Shown here piece after piece: positions 27,358 to 39,680 of a DNA stretch of 64,000 nucleotides. The notes beneath the pieces were generated by a model. The model was not told where the DNA came from. It did not search any database and saw nothing but the letters and a program-made list of their open reading frames with translations. Source of the stretch: Haliotis rubra (lineage: Eukaryota); assembly GCF_003918875.1 (NCBI RefSeq), contig NW_025765314.1, forward strand, positions 124,001 through 188,000. Reading direction: 5' to 3'. The position numbers and the translations under genes are program-made. Every line of letters begins with the position of its first letter. The stretch's first letter is position 1.

Positions 27358-29148
27358 TTTCAAGCCCAGTTCAACACGGTGTGCCATGCACTGAATCATC
27401 AAAATAGACGGATTGATCCTGCCTTGAAATAATGCAATGACACCATTCAGTTAACCAGTATTTACTGATGCTCCATCTCCAGCAAAGCCGACAATTTTTT
27501 CCTGTATCTCCTCAGTTGAGAGTTTGTTGAGAGTTTGTTTAAATGGAAAGATTCCATTATTGCCGAGTAAATTCCACTAGCATTGGCACATTCAGTCTCC
27601 ATCATCCCTAGGAAATAACAGTGACATGCTCCTTGTCTGGCAAAGTGGACATAAACCACCTCGTTCTCAACACCCGAGACATCTGTTGATCAATCAGACA
27701 TGATGGTACAGTAATTCGTCTGAGCCAACTCATCTTCAATTTTCTGGCGCTCAACCTCAGCTATTGAAAGCATGAACTCCTTGCATGACGTACGGTTTCT
27801 GTAGGTCCTAGATCCACACCCAGCTTCTCTTCCAAACAACACATCCACTCATAATCCGAAATGGGCCTTGAATTTTTAGCAATGCTATGTGCAACTCTGA
27901 AAAGTTTCTCTAGTCTTTCGAAAACGTCACTATTTAAAGTTTGAAGACTTTTTTCCGCTGGGCTGAATTCTGCATTGTGTGACTTTTCATTTTGACATGC
28001 AAAATTGTGTCCGTCCGATATTTCATGCGTGACAAGAGAATCACGTCTTAAATTACTGGAACCTACAACAAAAGGTCCTGATGCATACTTATGAAACTTA
28101 TCTGTTAGTTTCCTGGTACTGAGTGGGCCGTATACCGATCTACATGTTTTACAATATATTCTTTCGTGAACCTCGTCGGTTAAAACCATGGAAAATCTGT
28201 CTTCCACGAAGAAACAATTGAACGTTTCCTTTTTCTTTCCATACTCTTTATCTTTCTTAGCTTGAGTCTTGCGTTTGTGGGCATCTGGAAGTCCTAAAAA
28301 TTGTCGCAGCATGATATAAAAGGTCAAGCTGATAATCAAACAATAAGGAAAGCATGCCATTGCCTGGACGTCGCCATGCTGTAAACTTCAACCAGAGCTC
28401 CTTACACCGATATAGGCATCGCATGTCAGGTCTAGCTCTGATCGGATAATTTCAATCACTTGGCCAATGACGAATGAGGACAGAAACACGATTTTTATGT
28501 CAGGGAAGAAACTTTGATCTTAATTGGTTAGGTTACATTACAAAATTACACTGATTAAACAGCCAGACAATCGGGCGTGCAACCTCTTAAAACTGACCGT
28601 CCGGTCGCAAAACAGACCGCCCCGGACGGTCGGGCAGGCGGGAGTTTGCAATGCTGCTAATATATGCTTAAACTAAGATCTTTCCACCTAAAAAGAACAG
28701 TCAAACCGGGCAGGGCTTTGTTGGCAGTGTTTCTATTTCATTGCGGGTAATCACCTCTTCAATATCAGTTTCTGATACTTGACGCAACCAATTGGTGGTC
28801 TACTTGGTTGTGATCGATAGATCGAATAGATCCTTGGTTGGTACCTTTCTAAAACGATAACCTTTCAGTCGTGCCTCGTAATCCGTACCTTCATTTTGAA
28901 CAAAGTACTCCGTTTCATGTTTCTAAAGTCAGTTACTGCAGTAATGACTCCAGAACCTCTGTCATCAATTTTTACAGAATCACCAATTTTGATAGTGGGG
29001 GCAGCCATGTTTGTTTACAAACTCGTCCACGCAATGTAAACTCGCGACGACGTCATCAATGAAATGTTAAACGTTTTAGGATTCGCATGGCGTGTATGGA
29101 GTTTGTGAAAGTAGTTCCTGGATTGACGTAATTTGCATAGTTTTGAGT

Positions 29149-29518
29149 GCAGGAATTCGCATGTTTTGGACAATTTCACATGTTCGATCCGTTGTTCGTC
29201 CATTCACCATTAGAATTTATTCATTTAAAATATTCGTTAAAATTATCCTTGATGTCACAATCACACATTGAATATCAAACAGTGAAGAATATTTTCACAT
29301 AAATACACTCGAAGATTTCTAAAAATAAAATTCGCAGGAATTCGCATGTTTTGGACAATTTCACATGTTCGATCCGTTGTTCGTCCATTCACCATTAGAA
29401 TTTATTCATTTAAAATATTCGTTAAAATTATCCTTGATGTCACAATCACACATTGAATATCAAACAGTGAAGAATATTTTCACATAAATACACTCGAAGA
29501 TTTCTAAAAATAAAATTC
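29149..29518. repeat. Tandem duplication, 2 x 185 bp
   Basis: 29149-29333 appears identical to 29334-29518. Confidence 0.92.
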
Positions 29519-32355
29519 TGTGACTAAAGCAAGGTCATTGGGACATGCCAAGTCACAGTTATATAGAAAGACCAAGGCGCCATAACATAGTAAGTTTGTT
29601 GTCTTGCTTGAAAAATATCACTATTTTTTGTGTGGCATTATTCAGAAAAATTAATTTATGCCTCTATGCAGCCATTTCATGTCCTTCCTCAAACCACGTA
29701 AAGGCAGTATAATTGTGTCCGGACCTCGGTTCAAATTGTCTGAAACAAAGGTCGTTTGACATGTCATTGAAATCTACCTCGAAGTCCAATTAAAATACTC
29801 ATTTTACTGATCATGATATTAAGGTGAGTGAGTGATTGAGTATGGTTTTACACCGCTTTTAGCAATATTCCATCAATATGATATAATAGATTTTGTTTGC
29901 GCAGAAATGCAAAACGCTTGACACTTGTACTGTAGAACGTTGACCAAAAGGTTACTTTGCATCAAATATAAGTTTCGTTGTAATCGCTAATGCATAAATT
30001 ATGATTGAACAAGAATGAACTTGAAACTATTATTACGTCAAAGGTGTCCGGACAATAGGTGTATTGTGTACTTGTCCTGTTTATGTGACGTGACTTACGT
30101 CACTTTAGTTGTGTAACTGGTTGTTACGTTAATGTCATTTTTCAGTTATCCCAGTGTTGGAATATTGTTTGGAAATGTCTCAGTAAAAAATTATCTGCCC
30201 TTCAGTTTGAATAATGCTTGGTAATAATATGTTGATTTCCTTTATCAGTGCGTCATCGTCATATTGTACCTCAACCTCAATGTTTTGAAAGTTGTTAGAC
30301 TCAAGTTTGATTTTACCAGTGCAACAATCCAAAATTCGTTGTTGGACCTTTAAAGCATTTGTTTGAATGAGCGTCAATAGAATGACAAATAATATTGTTA
30401 TAGAGTAACAACGTGAACTATGTTTTATATTACCACGGCGTAAGCAGCTAATTAGCATATCCAACGGCCATCACCGTCTGAGTCGTGCGGAAGCCTGAAG
30501 TTGACCTAACTCTGACAAAGTTTAAGAAATCTGAAACTTATGAATTACAATATAAACAAGAATATAATCAATTAAAAAATATATATAATACGTACAAATC
30601 CTTAGTTACAGATGGGTCCAAGGATGGTGGCGCGGTGGCATGTGCCACTGTGATTGGATCCCGAGCAATATCTTCTCGACTACCAAACAACAGTTCTATT
30701 TTCACAGCAGAAGCTCACGCCATCTTAACAGCTCTTAAATATATTAATAAACACCGTTAATATAAACAATACATAATCTTTTCCGATTCTCTTTCGTGTC
30801 TTCAGGCTATTAAAAATCTTTCTTGTAAACATCCACTTTTAATAGAAATTATTGAATTGTATAATGAGCTTGCTACTGGCCAATGCGACGTCGTCTTTTG
30901 TTGGTTACCGAGCCATGTTGGCATTTCTTGGAATACAATGGCTGATCTTGCTGCTAATGCCGCACTCAATAAATCTGTGACACCACTTCTTATCCCATAC
31001 TCTGATTACAAAGCTAGCATTAGAACCTACATCCGTGATCTGATGCAAAAGAAGTGGGACAGCCAAGTAGGTATTAACAAATTACATGAAATAAAACCTT
31101 ATATTGGTTACACCTACTTGGGTTGTCTGTCCAGATTTGAAGAGGTCGCATTGGCCATACAAGGTATACTCATGAATATTTGTTAAAAGGCGAAGATCCT
31201 CCGTTTTGCATCCCTTGTGATGAACGAATCACGGTCAAGCATGTCCTGCTTGACTGTAATAATAATAATAATAATAGTGCATATTTATAACGCGCACATA
31301 TCCACGCTCAGAAGCATGCTCTTGGCGCTACGTAAGTACCTTAAAATAAATATATTATATATACAAAGCAAAAAAACTACAATGAATAGGTGCATAATAC
31401 ATAAACAATAAAGGCTATTGAGGATAATATTTAGCAAAGAGGTAGGTTTTGAGATTTGATTTAAAAAAGTTCAGAGATTCAGAGTGTTTGGGTCAAATGG
31501 GATAGAGTTCCAAAAGACAGGGGAAGTGTAGGAGAAAGTTCTGTATCCAAAGGTTTTAAGTTTGTAGTTCGGCACTGTCAGAAGGTTTTGCTGCTGTGAG
31601 CGAAGTTTGCGCGATGGACTGTAGGGGTTGATCAGATCTGCAATGTAGGGTGGAGCCTGGCCGTGAAGGGACTTGTATGTGAGGCATAGTGTCTTGAATT
31701 GAACCCTGGCTCTCACAGGTAACCAGTGGAGCTGCTTTAGACCTGGGGTAATGTGACTGTGTTTGGAAGTACGGCTAACGATGCGGGCGGCTGTATTTTG
31801 GACTTTTTGTAGTCTATCAAGTAGAGTGTCAGGGAGGCCAATATAGAGACTGTTACAATAATCTAGTCTGCTGAGAATTAGAGCACGGACAAGGGAATGA
31901 GCAGATTCTGTGGTAATTAGAGGACGTATACTGCAAATCACTCTAAGATGAGAATAGCATGTTCTGCACAGGTTATGTATCTGGGCTTCCATGGACAGAC
32001 TGGGATCTAAGAGTATTCCCAGATCCTTGACTGAGTATGATAGTGTAATATCTGAGCTTGAAACCCCAATAGATGCAACATCTGACTTCCTGAGTTGCTG
32101 TTTTGTTCCAACAAAGAGAGCCTCTGTTTTTCCCTCGTTAAGCTTTAGTTTATTTGCAGTCATCCATGTCTTCAGAATACCTGTACAGTCTGATAGTTTG
32201 GCCAGTGCTTCTCCAGAACTCTCCGGGTGAAAAGAGGTGTAAAGTTGTGTATCATCTGCATAAGAATGATGCTGTAGACAGTGTTTGGAAATGATGTTAG
32301 ATATACTGCCAGTGTAGAGGACAAACAACACAGGACCCAGTACAGAACCTTATGG

Positions 32356-32533
32356 TGTTGTGTACTGACTCCGACCTTCTAAATGAAACACATGAGATAT
32401 CGTAGGTCTGCATAGTTTAATCGCACCGTTCGAAGTGAGGTACATCTGCCAAGGTTATTACGTCACTATGTGACGTAATCACACCACGTGCTCACGCGCT
32501 CATACGCGCGGATGTAGATGACATAACATAACA
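32356..32533 (-). repeat. Gypsy 3' LTR (178 bp)
   Basis: Matches 36906-37075 except for 2 substitutions and one 8-bp indel. Confidence 0.95.
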
Positions 32534-32776
32534 TTTCCCCCCCCTTACAAAGAATACTTGAGGGAAACCCACTGAATAAATAAACAGTTCCTATAAGTAA
32601 AAGCTAAAACTTCTTAAACATAAACAAACTATCTGAACTATCATTAACAGATGAACTATTACCAAATAAACACTTGAGTTTGTGTATTTACTCTGGCTTA
32701 CTTTAACTAGAAAGGTAAAACTTTAACAGGAGATAAAATTCAACGACCATTCAGCTAATATTTAGAGTCCACTTTG

Positions 32777-35700
32777 TTAGATGTTCCCTAAGTACAGATT
32801 CACTCTATCTGGAGGACGGATTGTCCTGCTTGAGCGTCTAGGAGTGGGCTGAAGCACTGGCTCCAGTGAGCTTGTCTCACCACATGAGACACTAGCATGA
32901 TTAGAGTCTCTCGTTGGTGCTGCACACCTCTCTGGTAAATCTGGTTCAATTTGAAGGCTAATATTGTGTTCCTCTCTGGATCGCAACTGGTCGATGTGTC
33001 TGCGACACTGCCCGTTACCCACATCGACATCATAATGTCTCTCACCATGCTGAGCAGTAACTTGTCCTGGTACCCATTTATCTGCACCACGATAGTCTCT
33101 CACCCACACTTTACCGTCCACTTGTCTGGTCTCTGTCATATTACCACTTTGACTCAACAACTTTGTTGACATAACAGATTGAATATCCGGTTTTAGCAAA
33201 TCCAGTCTTGTTCTCAGTTCTCGTCCCAAGAATAACTTGGCTGGTGTCTCATTTGTGACACAGTGCGGAGCAGCCCTGTATGCTAACAGGAACTGAGCAA
33301 CTTTCTTTTCAACATTTCCATCACTATTTTCGGATGCTCTCATGGACTGCTTAAAGGATTGTACCAATCTTTCGGCCTGACCATTCGTCGCTGGATGGTA
33401 CGGAGCGGACAAAACATGCTTGACTCCATTACTTTTCAGGAATGCCTCAAACTCATTTGAAACAAATTGTGGCCCATTATCAGTTACTAACTGATGTGGC
33501 AACCCAAACTGGGCAAACAATTTTCTCACTTCCTTCACTGTAGCTGCTGAAGTTGTAGACTTCATGATTATTATTTCTGGCCATTTGGAATATGCATCCG
33601 TAATCAATAGGAACATATGACCTATAAAGGGGCCAGCAAAGTCCATATGAATACGATGCCAAGGACGTGAAGGCCATGACCACGGCCGCACTGGTGCAGA
33701 CGATGGATTTGCCTGATTACTTTGACATGCTGAGCATGTCTTGGCGATACCCTCAATATCGCTGTCAATACCAGGCCACCAAATGTAGCTTCTGGCTACA
33801 GATTTCATCTTCACTACACCAAAATGGCCCATGTGTAGTTCTTGTAATACATGTTCTCTCATCTTCATTGGAATGACAACTCTCATTCCCCACATCACGC
33901 AACCCATATGCACAGACAGTTCATTTCTCCTTGTGTAAAAATGTTTCATTAGAGCATTATCTTCATGCTCTTTGGACCATCCATTCATCACTGCTGTGTA
34001 CACTTCAGACAACAGTGCATCACGTCTTGTTTCGTTCCTCACGTCAGCGCAAGACAGGGGCAGCTGCTCAAATTGGCTGTTATAGAACAGCGCTACATCA
34101 TCATGAAAATTCTCATTTTGTAATGTTGTACTCAAAGGCAACCTAGACAAGACATCCGCATTGGCATGCTTTTCTGACGCTCTGTACTCAATAATGTAGT
34201 CATATGCACTCAGTATTAGCGCCCATCTCTGCATGCGAGCTGCAGTGATTGCCGGCACTGGCTTACCAGTTCCGAATAGAGCTGTCAAAGGCCTGTGATC
34301 AGTTATCAGTGTGAAGTGCCTGCCATACAGGTACTGGTGAAAGCGTTTTACACCAAATATAATACCCAATGCTTCTCGATCAATTTGAGAATAGCCTCTT
34401 TCAGCTGCAGACAAAGTTCTTGATGCAAATGCAATAGGTCTCTCCAATCCATCACTCATCACATGTGACAACACCGCCCCAAGACCATATGAATAGGCGT
34501 CACATGCTAGCCGCAATGGACGTGAAGGATCATAATGACACAGAACCTCAGAACTGGCTATCATAGCTTTGCATTTGTTAAATGCTGCCTCACACTGAAG
34601 AGACCAAACCAACTTCCTGTCCTTCCTCAACAGGTTATTCAAGCGTTGAAGAACTGTTGACAAGTTTCTCATGAAGCGCCCATAGTAGTTCACTGCACCC
34701 AAAAAGGAACGAAGTTGAGATACATTTTCTGGTCTTGGTGCATCTTGTACAGCTTGTACTTTGTCCTGACTTGTATGCAAGCCATTTCTGTCAATCACGT
34801 GTCCCAAGTACTTCACTGAGTCAACAAAAAATGTACATTTTTGCTTTTTGACTCTCAAACCATAGTCCTGCAATCTCTTTAACACCTGTTCGAGGTTTCT
34901 GAAGTGTTCCTTATCATTTGCACCAGTCACCAAAATATCATCTTGGTGACACAACACTTTATCAAGTCCTTGCAACACTTGGTCCATGGCTGCCTGAAAT
35001 ATCGCTGGAGCTGAGGCGATACCAAATGCTAGTCTTGTGTATCTGAACAACCCCTTCGGTGTGTTGATTGTTAGGTACTTCTGACAATCAGCATCAACTT
35101 CCATTTGTTGATAGGCATGAGCCAGGTCTATTTTAGAAAACTTCTGTCCTCCTGCAAGTGTGGCAAACAGATCTTCAATTTTGTGTAGTGGGTACTTGTT
35201 AATGTTAAGTACTGGATTCACTGTGGATTTGAAATCCCCACGTATCCTTACGCTTGAATCACTTTTGATCACTGGCACTATAGGAGTTGCCCACTCACTG
35301 TGATCAACTTTGACTAACACACCATTTTTCTCCATCCTATCTATTTCCTCATTTACCCTCTCTTGTAGAGCATAGGGCACTGGTCTTGCCTTCATGAATC
35401 TTGGAGACATGCCATCTTTTAAAGATAAGTGAGCTCTGATATCCTTAATTGTACCTATCTGATCTGAGAAAACATCACAGTATTTCACCAATAATTCTTG
35501 AATTTGTGTATCACTCTTGTCTTCCTTGCAATAATGAATCTCATCTCCCAAACGTTTCCAGTCAATTTTGACAAATGGTAGCCATGATCTTCCGAGCAGG
35601 GGTGGTCCCTCCCCCTTCACAACGTGTAAATCAAGTTCATGTACATCTTTGCCATTTGTAACGTCAACTTTCATTATTCCAAAATCAAGAACATGCTGAC

Positions 35701-36211
35701 CTGTGTAAGTCTTCATAAGTATTTCCGGCTTTCGTAATTCGCATCCTTTGAACTTCTCTTCAAAGGTGCTCTCGTTGATGATCGAGTGCCTCGACCCGGT
35801 ATCCAACTCGAATTGCATATCACTGCCGTTGATATTAACAGTCACCCAAATAACATCGGCACCTTTTTCTTGCAAAGCATACATATGACTCAAACAATCC
35901 GCAAGGTCATCAGGATACAGTTCACTGTCATTTTCTGTGTCAATTGCCTTCACACGAGAAGTCCTTGAATTGTTGACATCGCCATGTTTTCTCACCACGC
36001 CACTTCCGGAAGATGAAGGCCGTGAACTTGAACCTGGGTCATGACTCGACCTCTGACCTCTACACACCGACTGCAAATGCCCTCGCTTGTGACAGTTCAA
36101 ACACACGGTGTCTTTATGCTTACAAGCGTTTGCGAGATGAAAAACGCTTCCACATCGGAAACACCATTTACTGCCAGAGTTTTTAGGTTTGCTGTTAAAA
36201 AACATATACAT
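32777..36211 (-). CDS. pol: Gypsy CCHC knuckles, protease, RT, RNase H and integrase (1144 aa)
   Basis: Two zinc knuckles, LDTGS protease, RT with HQDD, RNase H (LACDA, TDH), integrase HHCC and D-D-E (HMDFAGP, TDNG, GQAER). Confidence 0.93.
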   Translation of the reverse strand: MYMFFNSKPKNSGSKWCFRCGSVFHLANACKHKDTVCLNCHKRGHLQSVCRGQRSSHDPGSSSRPSSSGSGVVRKHGDVNNSRTSRVKAIDTENDSELYPDDLADCLSHMYALQEKGADVIWVTVNINGSDMQFELDTGSRHSIINESTFEEKFKGCELRKPEILMKTYTGQHVLDFGIMKVDVTNGKDVHELDLHVVKGEGPPLLGRSWLPFVKIDWKRLGDEIHYCKEDKSDTQIQELLVKYCDVFSDQIGTIKDIRAHLSLKDGMSPRFMKARPVPYALQERVNEEIDRMEKNGVLVKVDHSEWATPIVPVIKSDSSVRIRGDFKSTVNPVLNINKYPLHKIEDLFATLAGGQKFSKIDLAHAYQQMEVDADCQKYLTINTPKGLFRYTRLAFGIASAPAIFQAAMDQVLQGLDKVLCHQDDILVTGANDKEHFRNLEQVLKRLQDYGLRVKKQKCTFFVDSVKYLGHVIDRNGLHTSQDKVQAVQDAPRPENVSQLRSFLGAVNYYGRFMRNLSTVLQRLNNLLRKDRKLVWSLQCEAAFNKCKAMIASSEVLCHYDPSRPLRLACDAYSYGLGAVLSHVMSDGLERPIAFASRTLSAAERGYSQIDREALGIIFGVKRFHQYLYGRHFTLITDHRPLTALFGTGKPVPAITAARMQRWALILSAYDYIIEYRASEKHANADVLSRLPLSTTLQNENFHDDVALFYNSQFEQLPLSCADVRNETRRDALLSEVYTAVMNGWSKEHEDNALMKHFYTRRNELSVHMGCVMWGMRVVIPMKMREHVLQELHMGHFGVVKMKSVARSYIWWPGIDSDIEGIAKTCSACQSNQANPSSAPVRPWSWPSRPWHRIHMDFAGPFIGHMFLLITDAYSKWPEIIIMKSTTSAATVKEVRKLFAQFGLPHQLVTDNGPQFVSNEFEAFLKSNGVKHVLSAPYHPATNGQAERLVQSFKQSMRASENSDGNVEKKVAQFLLAYRAAPHCVTNETPAKLFLGRELRTRLDLLKPDIQSVMSTKLLSQSGNMTETRQVDGKVWVRDYRGADKWVPGQVTAQHGERHYDVDVGNGQCRRHIDQLRSREEHNISLQIEPDLPERCAAPTRDSNHASVSCGETSSLEPVLQPTPRRSSRTIRPPDRVNLYLGNI

Positions 36212-36771
36212 CCGAAGCAGTACTTCCCCTTCAAACTGTCAGAGCCTCTGCTTAGTTCCTCGCAATCCTTCGCTGCTAACTCCATAGAATTTGCGATAGC
36301 AAGTGCACGATCAAGAGTCAGGTCATTTTCTGCAAGTAATTTCCTTTGAATCGAAGTAGATCTTAATCCAAGCACTAACTGATCACGTAAACGTTCATTC
36401 AAAGTGTTTTCAAACTGGCAATTCCGAGTAAGTCCTCTCAAAACCACAGAATATTGCGAAATAGTCTCACCGTCAGCTTGCATTCTCTTGTGAAATCGGT
36501 ATCTCTCTGCTATCACGAGCGGGGCTGGTGTGAAATGATTCTGTAACAGGGTTACCAATTCACCAAGAGTCCGGTCTTGTGGTCTTGCCGGCGCGGTCAA
36601 CGACTTCAGCACTGCATAAGTCTTACTTCCAATCATGGACAAAAATCCTGACACACGACGAGCAACAATGACTTCATTAGCATCAAAGAATAACTGCACT
36701 CTTTCGGCATATGATGCCCAATCCTCCTCGTTTTCTTCAAAAATCCCAACTTCACCAATGACGCCCGCCAT
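36097..36771 (-). CDS. gag: Gypsy gag N-terminal part (frameshifted against the downstream ORF near 36200)
   Basis: WASYAERVQLFF, ERYRFHKRMQADGETI, LRDQLVLGL. Confidence 0.85.
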   Translation of the reverse strand: MAGVIGEVGIFEENEEDWASYAERVQLFFDANEVIVARRVSGFLSMIGSKTYAVLKSLTAPARPQDRTLGELVTLLQNHFTPAPLVIAERYRFHKRMQADGETISQYSVVLRGLTRNCQFENTLNERLRDQLVLGLRSTSIQRKLLAENDLTLDRALAIANSMELAAKDCEELSRGSDSLKGKYCFGCICFLTANLKTLAVNGVSDVEAFFISQTLVSIKTPCV

Positions 36772-36905
36772 ATTGAAATATCGCTGAACAATTAACCACG
36801 TTGTCCAATGTCAAACTTCAACTTTCACCGCTAACGATGAAATATTCATTAGCAAATGTAATTAGCACTTCCAATAGGTAGGAATTCCATAATCCTCGCC
36901 GCCAC

Positions 36906-37075
36906 TGTTGTGTACTAACTCCGACCTTCTAAATGAAACACATGAGATATCGTAGGTCTGCATAGTTTAATCGCACGGTTCGAAGTGAGGTACATCTGCC
37001 AAGGTTATTACGTCACTATGTGACGTAATCACACCACGTGCTCATACGCGCGGATGTAGATGACATAACATAACA
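36906..37075 (-). repeat. Gypsy 5' LTR (170 bp)
   Basis: Adjacent to the PBS and flanked by the TATGG TSD. Confidence 0.95.
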
Positions 37076-39680
37076 TATGGCACACCAAGCTCAAGTGTTA
37101 TGTTATTTGGTCTGGCATCGTTGATCAGTACGAACTGTGTTCTGTCTTGCAGGTACGAGGAGATCCAACGTAAGGCTGAGTCCTTGATACCATAGTGATA
37201 TTGAAGTCTCATCAGGAGGAGACCATGGTCTATGGTGTCGAAAGCGGAGGAGAGGTCAAGTAACAGCAAAGCTGCTACATTACCTTCGTCTACCGCATAT
37301 CGAAGATCGTCAACAACTCTCAGAAGTGCAGTTTCTGTGCTGTGGAACTGGCGATACGTGGACTGAAATGCACTGAGAAGGTGGTTATGTGAAAGATGAA
37401 CCTTGAGCCTGATATTAACTGCTTTCTCAATCACTTTTGATAAACAGCAGAGATTTGATAGGGGTCGAAAGTTCTTAAAATTATCTGAGTCCATGTTCTT
37501 TTTAACAGAGGCTTAACCACAGCAGTTCGGAAGATTGTGGGAAATCTTCCAGATTCAAGGATTTTATTCACTATGCTCGTGATAGCTGGGAGGAGAATAT
37601 CCACATGATCCAGAATAAGTTGAGTTGGCACCGGGTCCAAGGCACAGGTAGTCGACTTGGATGAACGAATAATGTTCAGTACCTCACTCTCCTGGAAAGA
37701 CGCGAGGTCAGTCAGGGGTTCACCATTGAAATGTGCGTCAAACTCTGAAACAGCATGAGCCCCTAGAGACCTGGGATAGATCTTGCCTAATCTTGTTGAT
37801 CATTTCTGCGAAAAACTCATTAAAAGAATCGGCTAGATCTGAAGGAGAGTTAATTTTTCCATCAGAAGGGATAAGTATTTCAATGTAAAAACTGTTAAGG
37901 ATCTCTTTAGTACTGTTCATTTTCATTTAATTACTGAATTTTTAAAAGAAATAGAATTATTAGATAAATTTTGATGAATAGTTTGTACATAGATAAATAT
38001 TTTATTATTGGTAGTTTGGATTAGTAAGTTAGATTATTAGTGGCTGTACCCCTAAAGGGGGTTGAAGTATCGTAAAATTATTGTCCTCCTGAGAGAGTAC
38101 GTAAGTCAAAAAACTTTCAAAGTTAATATAAACTTACCAGGATTTTAAACGTAGTATTCTTGTTATTTTAATTTATTGCTAACATTTTGTACAATCGCCA
38201 ACGGCTGAAGGGATGTTGTAAATCCAGCTAGGCTCCATGCAGGTAGCAAAAGTACTGTAAGTCCCCATGGTCCCTTCAGTTGTTGGTGATCTATAGCTTA
38301 TTTTTATATTGCGGTGTCCTCTATAGATTTAATTACTAGTTTTACATTTATATCTGTGATATTCTAGTTGATATTCTATATTTATTGAATCTTTCCAAAG
38401 TAGTAAATACCCGGATTCTCCACCAACTGAGATCGGGCTGTTTCCCTGTATCTCACGAGATATCTAAAGCTAAACAATAACAAAATATGACCAACAAGTC
38501 TGACTGCAGTTCAACAGTGTTTATTGTAAAGACAAGAATAATGACGTAAGTATATATTTATAATCAAACACATATTTTAGCAATTGACAACATTGTTATA
38601 GATTACATTTATACTTGAGGTATATTACCATTACCTAAACAGAACTACCTAAATGATATTATGGAAATAGCAAGTTACATATACAAGTCAAAGCCTAATA
38701 TTCCTAACTATTACTTATACTGCAATGTCAAAATATAACTTAATTAAGTATGCACGTTACATAGACAAGAGTTACATACAAGTTACAATCTAATATTGCT
38801 TATCATAATTTGATATTGTAACATTGTGCAATATTAACGTCAAATTCATTGTTCAATAAGTAAACATGTTAAAGAGATAAAGTTCAAAATGATCAAGGTA
38901 CAAGTCCAACATCAATTTAGTAACCTTTCATAAATGAAAGGCAAGTCGAGTAATGCAAAATACATGAAAAATAAAATGCAAGGTCTTACCTAAACAATAA
39001 CAAAATATGACCAATAAGTCTGCCTGCAGTTCAAGAGGGAAGCTAAGGGGATGATACGCCCCTATTTATGAGCAAGGAACATGCAGTCAAACCTGTTGAA
39101 GTAAGACCCCCGGCAATGTTTCACAATGACGCTTTGGTCACAGCAACATGAAACAAGACATTAGTATGGCATATTTACGCCGTAGGCATGTGTAACGTCA
39201 GAGACTGGCAAAGGTAATTTAGAAAACAACAAGTTTCAGTCGGGGAGCCGCTTGAAACTGACATTTATGACAAGAATATAAAACATTATCAATATTATCT
39301 GATTCCAAATATATGGACAGAGACGGTATATTGTCATATTTTAAATGTTGCTTTTTTTAAAGGTGGGGAATACCTTAAACTAACCATAAACGTGAAGCCT
39401 GGGTTCTCCAAGGAAAACTGTACAGTGCAAAATTGGTTGTTGCAGAGGTGCCAGTTTTTACCTGTATAAGTCTACCGTTTCACATTGTTATGCACGACAG
39501 GTTTTACTTTGATATCGCCATACACGCAATCAATTCTAACGTCACTCCGAAATACATGTATATTTTGAGTGGGGTCCTGAACTTACTGTAGGATTAATTG
39601 TATCGATGTTGTAATTAAGCTGTCGCTAATGTCGACAAACCTGAATCAGGTGAGGGAATATAATAGGTACAATGGGTGGG

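Larger units (their letters stand above)
20894..28656 (-). mobile_element. hAT DNA transposon with a spliced ZNF862-like transposase pseudogene
   Basis: TIRs CAGTGTTGTAAACTCCC / GGGAGTTTGCAATGCTG, both flanked by CTAATAT. Motifs: TTF-type zinc finger (YCKTC...HEISDGH), LFRVAHSIAK, HCMAHRVELG, FLVDVLSVL, RRFDD, and dimerization domain LPSSSAECEREFS. GT-AG introns present. Confidence 0.88.
32356..37075 (-). mobile_element. Full-length Ty3/Gypsy LTR retrotransposon (Mag-like)
   Basis: TG...CA LTRs at 36906-37075 and 32356-32533; 5-bp TSD TATGG. PBS TGGCGGCGAGGAT is tRNA-Ser(GCT)-like with one mismatch. Purine-rich PPT adjoins the 3' LTR. gag and pol ORFs present. Confidence 0.97.
31259..37848 (-). 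mobile_element. L2-clade LINE (5'-truncated), split by the Gypsy element
   Basis: RT N-half at 37081-37848 (NFRPLSNL, HSTETAL, LDLSSAFDT). C-half at 31471-32350 (YADD, LKLNEGKTE, LHWLPV). (TTA)n tail. Confidence 0.92.
30485..38390 (+). mobile_element. Second Nimb/I-group LINE 3' part, split by an L2 plus Gypsy insertion
   Basis: RNase H/CCHC region (TDGSK, FTAEA, WLPSHVGI, HVLLDC) at 30485-31258. It resumes at about 37849 with FSIRRDKYFNVKTVKDLF...FLKEIELLDKF* and 3'UTR. Confidence 0.85.

Noticed and set aside
28660-28900. Possible Crypton/tyrosine-recombinase N-terminus (RFRKVPTKDLFDL...TTNW, minus strand) hosting the hAT insertion
   Set aside because: Too degraded, and no catalytic YR motifs could be traced.
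36097-36230. Programmed gag-pol ribosomal frameshift in the Gypsy
   Set aside because: The shift falls upstream of the gag zinc knuckles and Mag-like elements usually have one ORF, so a post-insertion indel is more likely.
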